A stretch of DNA of 64,000 nucleotides from positions 1,923,803 to 1,987,802 of the forward strand of contig ML996687.1 of NCBI GenBank assembly GCA_010356995.1, read 5' to 3'. This document shows positions 51,611-62,325 of the stretch, piece by piece. Origin of the DNA: Trichodelitschia bisporula. Lineage: Eukaryota. Position numbers and translations under genes: made by a program. The number at the start of each line of letters is the position of its first letter. The stretch's first letter is position 1. The notes under the pieces were generated by a model. It ran no database searches and was not told the DNA's origin. It saw only the letters and a program-made list of their open reading frames with translations.

Positions 51611-52289
51611 CGGAGGCGAAGCCGAAGATGAGGCGAACTGAGTGAGGCCGCTCTGGACGCCGGGGGGGAATGGTGGCCAACGGCGATCGTGGCTTTGACG
51701 AGATCCAACACTGCTTCACGATGGCGGCTTCGACTGACCGCAGCGATGCTCAACGATGGCGAGATTCGTGGAGTGCATGGGCGGAGGGCGCGTGACGTGA
51801 GAGCGCGTCTGGTAAGCGAGAAGTAATCACATCTGCGTCCACTCTTGTTTTTGGTGTTTTTGCTTTCTGCATGTTCGTCACACAACATATGGTCCATTGA
51901 CTGGAGCCCGAGCAGCGATAGGGGAACCGTTAGCAATTCGCGAGGCTGAAGGCGCCGCCGGCATCGCAACGATCACCAACAGATCGAAGCCTCTGTCACA
52001 CAGCAGGAGGACACGGTGACGACCCAAAATAGTAGCATCTGTAGCTCACCGCACACTTCCACCGGCCGAGCGGTAGATGGTGTGCCGAAGCACCTGCAGA
52101 CTCGGAAACCAAGCGTCTCGGCAGAGGACCCGAATTGCAGCACAGCACACCATCACGTGCATTTGTGCGACGTGAATCGGGACGTCGCTGGTATACCGGA
52201 GGATGAAGAGAATGAGCTGGCAAACCCATAGCCATGGTACTCGAGAGCAGCTACATGCGCTTTGTTTGTTGTCCATCCCCTTGTCCATC

Positions 52290-53108
52290 CCCTGCGGTCT
52301 AAAACCGAAGCCGATTACATAGCTTCTGTATGTATTCGCTAGCTATTACATACTTTCTGCGCCTGGGGTTCAAACTTTTGCTAGGAATACCGGTTTCCAA
52401 ATCTTCCATAAAGAGGCCATTTACATATACTTCTCCGTAACCACATCAACGTTGCAAGCATTACATACTTTTCTATGTAAGTGCATTTGAGTACTTTTGG
52501 ACTTAGATAAAAACTTCGACGATATAAGCGCCTTAGGCATCAAGATTACCTGCGAGAAGGTAATTACAGCCTGAAACCTTAGCAAACACCAAATTCCCTT
52601 ATAACTCCCGCACCTCCCACATTTCTCGCGTCTCCTCTATCTCCTCTATCCCCCACGCTCTCCCCATACACGCTTCCACACACGCTCCCATATGCGCTCC
52701 CATACACGCTCCCACACACCACGCTCTCCTACACCACGCTCTCCCATATCTACCATATCCACACATCTCCCATATCTGCCGTATCCACGCGTCTCCCATG
52801 CATGCCGTATCTCCGCGTCTCCCATGTCTACCAGATCTACGTATCCCACATCTACCAGATTCACGTATCCCATATCTACTGCTCTTATATCTCCCATTTG
52901 CTATGCGCGTCTCCTAGATCTCCCAGATCTCTCTCCCATGCAGTTATATGAAGTGTGAGAAATTGTATATATAAAGGGTATGAGATTACATATCGAACGC
53001 ATTTACATACTCCGAGTGTGTAATTTTGGCGTTTTGTGAAGTGTAAATTTACATACTCGTCGTACACACTCAGAGTATGTAATCGACTCTCAACTTTAGA
53101 CCGTAGGG
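52290..53108. mobile_element. Non-autonomous TIR DNA-transposon (MITE-like) relic
   Basis: Imperfect ~38-bp terminal inverted repeats: left CCCTGCGGTCTAAAACCGAAGCCGATTACATA, right reverse-complement CCCTACGGTCTAAAGTTGAGAGTCGATTACATA. Subterminal TTACATA motifs; AT/TpA-rich relative to flanks; no transposase ORF. Confidence 0.7.
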
Positions 53109-54535
53109 ACCCGGAGCCATACAAACGGACCTGCGAGCTAGGTACCGAGGGAGGACAGTTGACGAGCCATAGAGTATACGAGCTTGGGACTGCAGCTTAA
53201 TCCGGACCAACACGTACCTATCATTGGAGCGCAACAGCGCCATCGCCAACCAGCCAGGTACCGCGCATGACGCTTCTGTACGAGGATAAGCTCACGCTCA
53301 CGTAGCTCTCGCTCGCATTCCTCGAGCACTCTCACTTCCCTAGCCTTCCTCCTTCGGAGTCCAGGATACCCCTTCGTAGTAACACATGCACCGCATCACG
53401 GCATCACACCCACTGCCCGCCATGACCGCAAGGCTGACGACACGTCACGTCACCATGGAACCGCTGGCACTGCGAACTGTCAAGGAGGATGCGGGCGAGT
53501 GCTCTATGCATCAGCGGCAGCGCTTAGCACAAGCGCCAGGCTGACGACCTTCTCATTATGCCGCAATTACGCGCGGCCAACGAGCTTGCACCCCGTCAAC
53601 AGTTGACCGACTATCAATGACGCCGAACCCGCTTGCTCGCATACAACGCGCAACCGCAACCGCGCCCCAAGGCGAACGTTCCATGCGAACCGTTCCCCCC
53701 CCAACCCAATAAGCAACTCCCCCACCAAAAGCAACCCGGCCCCAACCCGACAAAAAAACTCGCACTCCCCTCGTCTCGGCCGGCTCCCATTCCTCCGCCT
53801 CCCCGCGCCTCTAGATCCACACCCGTACTCCGCATCCCCAAATCCAGATGTGGCTGCAGGATGTGCAGCGCCCCGGCGCCGCCTGCGCCGCCTGCCCCTG
53901 ATATCCGGGCACGTGGCTCCCGGGCTTCCGCCCGCGGAACTGCTGCGAACTTACCCGCCGCGCCGGTGCGCAAGTGCTGGCGCTGCAGGATGCACGGCCG
54001 ATCGGCGGAGCAGGCACCGCGGCCGTAGGCGCTCGCCACCGAGGCGTGGAAGGGGGTTCAGTTCAGCCTTACGGGTATGTTGGTCTGCTGGCGCGGTGAT
54101 GGCGGGACGTGCTCGCTGAGGATGCGAGGACGGAGATCTGCGGGAATCGTCACTGGCGAACCGGATGCATGGCAGTGGGGTAGCCGGGTTGGTAGGGGGG
54201 TTTGCTTGTATGCGGTGCTGACGACTGATGGTGTTGGGGGTTGGATTCCGCCTCTTCGGCATTTCTTGCTTTCTTGCTTTGTCCTCGTTGCCTTGCCTCC
54301 ATTGCCTCGTCCTGCGTTCCCTTCGTTTCCTTCCGTTTCCCTGTCTACGTCCGGCTTGCATCCCGCGCCAACGGGGCTTGCCAGCGGCCGCATCTTGCAC
54401 AATCACACGTCGCCCGCCGTCACTCCGCACCTTCACTCGAACGGGCGTGCCGTGGCCCAGCGCAGCGGGCGTGCGTCAGTGCGCCGGGCAGCATATATCT
54501 AACCACCGCATCGCCACCCCCTCTGCTCCCCAACC

Positions 54536-55757
54536 ATGAGATCGCGACACCGCAGACCCTTCCCCGCCGCTGAGCCGGAGTACCGCGCCCTCCGCCTCCG
54601 ATGCGCCATTGCATGTGCCGCCTTCAACGAGCAAGGCGAGGAAAGCACGCCGGGCGAGCGCGCGCGCCTGTGGAATAAGTACCTCGGCCCTGCCATGCCC
54701 GCGAGCCATCTGGCTAACGGTTAAGCATCGTCAATCCGCCCGATCACAGCGCCGCTAGCATCCCGGCCATCGTCGCCACCGCTCCGGACCAAACCCTCAC
54801 CACCCTGGCTACACCTAATCTCTGTCCCTCCCCCAGCTGCTGTCCCTCCCCAAACCTCTACCCCACCCCCCTCCCCATCCTCCCCACCCCGCCCCTCACC
54901 GAACCCCCGCACACCCCCCCTCCAACACCCACCCGCGCCTCACCCACGCCCTTCACCGCCGGCGCGCCCTACGTCAAAGCCCCCGTCTGGATCGATTACG
55001 GCACGCGGCTGCGCGTCGGGTCCACCTCGTTTATCAACCGCGGGCTCGTGGTGACGGATAGTCCCGTTGCGGAAGTGCGGATCGGGGAGAGATGTTTGCT
55101 GGGGCCGGGGGTGTGTTTGGCGGCGGTGGAGCACCCGCTTGGTGAGTCTGGCTAGATCTAATGGTGTGAGGGCTGAGGGTTAACCTAACGGGTGCAGATC
55201 CAGCCCAGCGCGGCGGGCCCCTCGGTGCGCCGACTTACGCCGCGGACATCGTCATCGAAGACGATTGTTGGATCTGCGCGGGGGTGACTATCGTCGGGGG
55301 GGTTACGATTGGGCGGGGGAGCACGATTGGCGCGGGGGCCGTATTAACCAAGGTATCACCACCATCCCCTTGTACCCCTTTACAAATATATCTAACGGCG
55401 CAGTCTATTCCGCCTTATTCCCTTGCTGTGGGCAACCCCGCGCGTGTTATCCGCTCCCTGGCTCCGGGGGAGGGTAGGGCATGTGAGGGGGATATGGAGG
55501 CGGGGCTGGGGGAGTTGATGAGTCTGGCACCTGAGCCGTGTATTCCGGGGCTCGATCTCGAGTTTCCGGGCGAAGTGGATATGCCTTTCCCGAAATCCGA
55601 TACAGGGAGGGAGGGGGCCAGACTGCGCGCTGGGGAGGAGGGACACCGCGCGTGCTCACACTGTCACTATGGTCTCTCGACAGCGACGTGGGGCGCCGCC
55701 GTGCTCGTGCTTGTTGCGGCACTGGGCGGGGCGTGGGTTGGGAAGGGGTGGGTTTAG
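54536..55757 (+). CDS. Maltose/galactoside O-acetyltransferase-like hexapeptide-repeat protein with C-terminal hydrophobic tail
   Basis: Spliced model: Mac-like N-terminus, [79 protein letters not shown]. Three introns; start codon uncertain. Confidence 0.85.
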
Positions 55758-56380
55758 GCACGGGACGGTCATTGGCGTATATGCGGGCGTTACTGTTGCG
55801 GCGCGGGACCGGGGGCGTAAACGTACGGTAGATGGGAATGGATACCCGGCTCTTGAATTGAAACCTTGAATACCCTGATCCTGGATCGAGCTTGGTTGGA
55901 CAGTAGTCAGGTACACGCTGCCCGTCATCTCGTCCAGGGGGCGGCGTGGAAATGCACAGCGCCTGATCTTCCGTCCCACAGCAGCAAAGCAAACTCATGC
56001 CAGTGAAGGATCAAAAGCAGGTGACCCAACGCCATCGCACTGCCTCTCATTGCTTTTCGACAACTCGTGTCCAAAGTTCGAGGGCTCAATGCCCAATCCC
56101 GAGGACGATGCCGTTGCAGGGGATCGCACTTTAGCGCGTGCCGCCTAGTTTTTCGGCCCCGTTCCAGATCCCAGCCTCGCGCTGCGATCTTGCAGCCGTC
56201 ACCAGGGGTGGCGCAATCGGATTCCTGGAATCGCACTCGACAAGGGATCGTCATTCAGGGCAAGCTTTTTCGAGGAATGACGTGTTGGAGTGGCGAACGG
56301 AATTGCAGATGAGACACAATCCATCATTCAAAGAGCGATGATCATGTCTGTGACACCCTTCCATTGAAGCTTCCCAATCC

Positions 56381-56626
56381 CCCCCAGAATTTCCCTCCAT
56401 ACTTCCTTTTTCGGAAGGATTCGAGCCCATACCCCAACTGTAATGTCGGTAACACCAACAAAAGCCATGAAGATGCCGCTCATTGCAAACGCCCTTTTTC
56501 ATGATCGCATGAATCGCCCCAAATTTCCTCCCATACTTCCTTTTCCGGAAGGATTCGAGGCGTCGAGCCTCGCACCGCAACTCAAGTTTCAGTTACACCA
56601 ACAAAACAGCCATGAAGAGGCCGCTC
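56381..56626. repeat. Diverged direct duplication (~100-110 bp units at 56381-56481 and 56517-56626)
   Basis: Both units share AATTTCC..CCATACTTCCTTTT.CGGAAGGATTCGAG..ACACCAACAAAA..GCCATGAAGA.GCCGCTC. Confidence 0.9.
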
Positions 56627-56799
56627 TCCAGAAACCCCTCGTATCGGTCTCCTAACCGACAATCTGGCGTAACAACCCCATCGCTTTCCCCCCAATCTCC
56701 ACTCCAATCCCAACTTCCATCCTAACTTCCATCCCAAAATCCCCCTTCAAATCCCATCTTCCCCAACCCCTACCACTCCCCACCGTCCCACAAAAATCC

Positions 56800-58320
56800 A
56801 ACCCCAAAAAGCATCCCCACAAACCCATCCTGCGCGCCCCGTCCTCCCGCCGGAGCAAGCCAACAACCCGCCGCGCAAATGCACCAAGTGGCAACGGCAA
56901 CCCCCCCCCCCCCCCCCCCCCCCCTGATTGGCCCCCCCCCCAGACCCGTTGGCCAGTGCCCGCGATCCCCGCCTCCCTTCCGCCGCTGCTGTACTGCCCC
57001 ATCCCCAGTTCCAGGCGCGAGTGGCTCGGCTCGCGCTTGATGCGGGTCATGCGGCTAGACGGTAGATCCCAAAGACGGGTTCGAAGCGGTGAGGAAGCCT
57101 ACCGGCTCTCCAAGTGCTGCGGTAGGAACGGGCTAGGCGGTGAAGGGGAAGGTATTTCCCGAACAAAGAAGTGCGGCGAAGGGAGACCGGGGACGCGGAG
57201 CCAGACTCAGTCCCTCTGTTCCCGGGCGTGCGGTAGGGCGCGCATGCACCGACCGAGGGGGAGTCAGGTGCTCGGATGCGGAGCTCAGTCGATGAATGGC
57301 AGGCTGTACCGTGAATCGGGAAGTACCGAACGGCTTTCGTCCCTACTTCCCCTTCTTCGGGAAAGCAGCGAAGACGAGGACGGAAATATCCCGCACTTCG
57401 TCCCATGAATCGACACCCGGCCACTCACGGCGTTTCCCCGGGACGCGACGAAAACAAACGCCGGCCCGGCCACCCATCGCGAGCACCACGCATCCAGCCC
57501 CCCGCAGCTCAACGGCCAACCTAACCACACCGCCGCTCCCAACACGACCGAAGCCCGAACGATCGAACTGTCCGCGTGAGCAACGGTCTCCGATCCTACT
57601 GGTGCGCTCCACACGTTGCGTATGTGCTCGCCCAACCCCCCGTGCGTCATGCCAAACCCAGCACCAACCGCACGGGACAGTGCGCTTGCGCCCTGTTACA
57701 TACGGCGAGGGATGGACGCGGCACGACGGACGGACCCACGAAGGACGGAGGCACATCCGCCTCTCCGCAGGAAGCTCCGTACCTCCAGTGAAACAGGCAG
57801 GCTTTGCTGAAGGATTCGCTGAAGACGGGAGTGAGGTTGTACACCCGAGCCGCTCGCGCGTAGTGGGGGCGTGTCCCGCCGTCGTCTCCCCCAGGGAAGG
57901 ATTGCGCGGCAGCGGGTAGGAATTGGCGCGGGGGAGCGATGGAGCCCAGTCCGCTGTGCGGTGATTGGTGAGTTCGGGTGTGATGACGAGCATATATCAC
58001 CGGGGGTTAGGGAAGGCGGCCATTGCGCCGCGACGCCCGCGTCCATTATGGCGACCAGGAGGTGGGGAAAGCAAAGCGCAGCTGGGTCCGCGCGGTCTAG
58101 CCCCTTACCCCAGCACCAAACACTCTTCCAACCAAGCCCCGCCCTGTCACCTTCAGCCTTGCCTTGCACACGTGCCGATCGAGGTTGGGATCGGCGCGTC
58201 CTTACCCCTTCGGTACGATATACAGGGGGTTCAGGGTCGTGGGGAACGGGTTGCGCGCCGAGGGGCTGTGCGACTTTGGGCACCGGTGATAACAAGTGAG
58301 GTGGTAAATTGCGTTAAAGA
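56800..58320 (-). ncRNA. Candidate long structured non-coding RNA (telomerase-RNA-like hypothesis)
   Basis: No credible ORF; several 8-10 bp long-range complementary pairs; CCCTAACCC at 58012-58004 preceded by a hairpin; Sm-like GATTTTTG near 56791-56798. Pseudoknot and P6.1 not confidently identified. Confidence 0.25.
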
Positions 58321-58852
58321 CCGAAGACGAGGTGGGTGAGACATGCCGAAGCGGATTTCTTTTGGAGGACAGTTGGTGCAAAAACAGGGCCGTGATAAGT
58401 GTGACGTGAATTGGACTTCGACGTTCTCCTCGCTAAACGGCGTGATGGATCCGCGTGCCACTGCGTTCGGGCGGCAGCATTGCTGCATGGCCGCGCAACC
58501 GGGAAATAGCACCGACTATCGGTTTGCCAGCAGGTGGACCTATCACTCGGCAATATCCTGTTATCATAATTGGTCAGGAGATGAAGTAACGTATAGCCGA
58601 CATGGTAAAGCCGACACAACGAGATGTTCATGGGGAACGCACCCCGGTCCCTGGTTCCGGCCAATTACGGCTCGTACATCTCAGCCTCGCGGGAAAAGCA
58701 AGCACTCAACGATCACTGTTCGCAGCACCCGGGCCACGCCGCATGCATCGAGTCTCTCCTGAGAACGAGAGGTCAAGGGAAGGTGATGTCTTGTTCTGCT
58801 GCACGATCCAAGTGGGAAGGCAGCGTCAAGGCAATGCATTCATGCAGGGCCC

Positions 58853-61800
58853 CTATTCCTCCTCTGTCTCCATTTCCTCGCCTGACGCCTCGTCATCCTC
58901 CTCCTCCTCCACATCCTCGTCTTCACTCTCGTCCTCACCCTCGTCTCCCACAGGCTTGAGCCCATAGTCGTCCTGGAAGGATGCCAGTGAGCGAACCTCC
59001 GGCGCAAAGCCGGCCTCCTTGAAATTCTTGACCAGACCCTGACCTGTCAGCGGCATCAACCAGACTCGAAAATGCTCACCTCTTCCATAATCGTCGCACA
59101 TGTACACACCATATTCGCTGAGTCAGGTGTGAGCACCGGCAACACAACCTCCTTCATGATGGCCTGCAAGTCAGCGGTCGTAACGTCCTGCGCATCGCGC
59201 AAGATCTTCTGTCCCCAGTCCTTTGGTATGCCCTTAATCACTTGATTTATGAGGCCGACCATCCCCGAAGATATGGCTGTGGGCTGCTCATCAGCAAACC
59301 TGACGGCAATGGAGCTCACCGCGCCTTGCAGCGCATGCTTCTCGAACGGCCGCGCGCCTGTCGCAAAGTCTTCAACGACTTGCCGCGCCGCCTTATACGC
59401 CTTGAATACATCCGGCGACCGGTAGATTGAGAACTCAATCAGTCCTGTGTCCGTCGATCGCGAGAAGTTAGTGCCGTAGGCGAGCCCCGTGCCGCGTACG
59501 GCGCTCCACATCGGCCCTTCAACGGCATCGAGGTACGCCAGGGCGACGAGTAGCGTTGGCTGCCGCGGGTTGTCGTAGCCTTCGATGCCGCGGGCGGTGA
59601 ACAGCGCGAACGAGGAGTCGATCGTCGGCATGGGCACAATGTACGCGAGCTTGCCGGGGTTGCGCACGGCGTCACTGAGAACGGCCTTGCGGGTATCGAG
59701 CGGCCGCAGCGGGGCGACGGGTTCGAGGGCGGCTACTAGCGGTTTCCAAGCAGAGACAGGACACTGTACTTTCTTGAGATCTGCAATAACGCCGACGCGG
59801 ATGTTTGACGCAGTGAGGAAGGAGCTGCGGAACTTTTCGAGCATAGCGATCACGGTCTGCGGTTCGGACTCGAGCAATTTGGAGATGCGCTTAAGGTACA
59901 GCGCCTTGACTAGCGTGTTTCCCACACGCGAGGTTGCCTCCGGGGCGTAGCTGATCATATTGTCGACCGAGTTCATCATCTCGTTGCCCGAACGCTTTTC
60001 GTCCGGAATGTCGGCAAGCAGCTTGCTCAGGGTCGGCTTGAGGCGCTCTGCGTCGAAAATAGCGCCAAAGAGCAAGTCACGCACCCACTTGATCGCAACC
60101 TCGTACTTGTCAATTTCTGTCACAAATCGGATGCGCAGGAGCTCAGCGTTGCCGAGGGACGAGCCTAGCTCCATTGTGTGGTCGACCGTATCCCGGTCCA
60201 GCTCGACGGTGGCCTGCTCAAACTCGATACGCTTCCCGTCACGCATTATTGGCGTTGTGAAAAAGTTCGCCACGTAAACGGGAATGAGTGGACGAATGTC
60301 GATGGGGATGACGCTGGTCGAGAAGATCAGGTTGAAGCTGATAAAGTTGGTCTTAACATGCTCAAAGTGTAAGAAGAGCGGGACATCGGCGTCTTGGTCA
60401 ACAAGGCGCTGCCACTCGTTATCCAGCTTGGGGGTGGCAAGTCCGGCACGCACAGTGGTCGATGGGATGAAGTGGATCGACTTAGTGCTGGGTACGGGGA
60501 AGCCATCAAGGATCTCCTCTGGGATGGGCTTATCATTTTCGGCCTTTGCCGCCTCGAGCTTGCGCGTAAGCTCTTTGAGGCCTTCTTGGCCGAAGCGCTC
60601 CTTCTGTGCCTTGACGCGCGCCGTTTCCTCGGCCTTGAGTTTCGCTGACAGCTTGGCCGACGGGACGCCGAGGATTGAGACGTGCTTGTTGTTCACGAAG
60701 TACTTGGACATGAAAACCCGCCACTGCTCGTCGGTCCACGCCATCAGCTTGTCATAGTCCGCGAGCGACGCGTAGGCTTCGTATAGCTCAGATCCGTCGC
60801 GACTGAAGAAGAGGTGATCCTCGATTATCGCATCGTACAGGGGGGCACTTGCCGTCTCCATGTGATACATAATCTGTAGACGGGTGCGCCGGATGCAGTC
60901 GTGCATGTACGACATGTCAAGCGGCGCGTCAGCGGTCGTGCGGAGGACTTCGAAAAATCGGTCGTGGACTTCCTGAAGTTCCTTCGTGGCGACGCTATAG
61001 AGGAGGAAGGTGACGAGGGTCTTCGGGCGCGTCTCGGTGTAGGAGCTGACAGCACTGCAAAGCTCCTCTTTTTCGACGAGCGTATTCTCGAGAACGGACA
61101 CGGAGGAATACGTGAGGTAAACGATTATGATGCTCATGGCAAGGTCTGCAATATTAGAATAGGTAGACACGGCAGGGACTAACGCACCCTCGAGTTGGTC
61201 ATGGCAGTCCGGGCCGACGAACGTAATCGAGATCTCACCGCTCGACTCGTCCTCCTCCGGAAATTCGACTTTCTGGATGATGCTCTCCTTCAGAGGTGGC
61301 GCCGGCGTGCTCTCGACCCAAGGCCTCTGGAAAGGTGCGTCCAACGGCGGCACGTCGTCGGCAATACTCTCCTCAAACTTGTTCAAAATGCTCAGTAGCT
61401 GCGCATGGTCAACCTCGCCGACGATAACAAGGCAGAGGTTCTTCGGCTGGTACATCTCCTTGTGGAACTCGCGGATGCGGTCCGCCGTCAGTACGCGCAG
61501 CGCCTCCATCATGCCACCCGTCTCGTAGCGGAAGCCGACTCCTTCGGGGTACAGCAAGCGCTTTGCCTCCAGGTTCATCAGTTCCTCCATTGTATTCTGG
61601 ACACCCTGCATCTCAGAGTAAACGACGCCGGCGTCATTGCCCTCGCCGTCGATGTGGTGCACCTCTGTGTAGCAGCCGGAGTCGGTGAGCGTGGGGACGA
61701 GGACATGTTCGAGGTAAACGGGGAGCTGCAACGTTAGCACCGTTCCGATAGTTATCAAGCCAGCCAGCTACAAGAGCATCAACATACAATCTGCGCAAAG

Positions 61801-62163
61801 CCTTCCCAGCCTGCCGTGTCCAGTGTGTATGCGGTATGGTCGGTCGCCGTCCACGCGTTGGTGTTTGAGTATGCCCGCGTTGCTAGCTTGTCGAGCACGC
61901 CCTTATACTTGTAGCTTTTGGATCCCATGAAGCAGAGATGCTCGAGAGTATGTGCTGGGTTATTAGCGAAGCGTCTACGGAGTGGATAACCTACGAGCGC
62001 CTGAATCATCGTGAATCTCCGTTGCTAGCGCAAAGTAGCCAGAGACCTTGGGGCTTTGGTTGTCCACAACGAACACGCGCATGCCCGTCCGCTCCGACTC
62101 ATACTGCGTGAGGTAGACGACGGCCCAGTCCACGTCGAAACTCTGTATTTTTTTGAAAGGCAT
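58853..62163 (-). CDS. M16 (insulinase/pitrilysin-like) zinc metallopeptidase, YOL098C/SDD3-like
   Basis: Inverted zincin HTLEH (HxxEH) in HTLEHLCFMGS, NAWT..DHTAYT, GVVYSEMQG, YRYETGG-like motif, VRGTGLAYG, YRSP; acidic tail; four introns. Confidence 0.92.
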
Positions 62164-62325
62164 GATGGTGGATGAAGGAGTGGTAAGCTGAACGGGAGAG
62201 TCCGCTCCAGGCAGCTTATGAGGGGTAAGCTAAGAAGACGTGGGGTCGCCAAGCCACCTCCTCATTCAACTTGGTCGTCCAAGTGAACGAGCTCTCAGGA
62301 CACATCACCTAGTACTACCCACGCC

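Noticed and set aside
52599..52958. Repetitive ORFs (WERVWERIW.., VDMG..) inside the MITE-like element
   Set aside because: Products of a degenerate tandem repeat that is open in several frames.
58351..58400. Plus-strand Sm-like GATTTCTTTTGG and ATAAGT as a telomerase RNA 3' end
   Set aside because: No template-like CCCTAA on the plus strand upstream; inconsistent with the minus-strand candidate.
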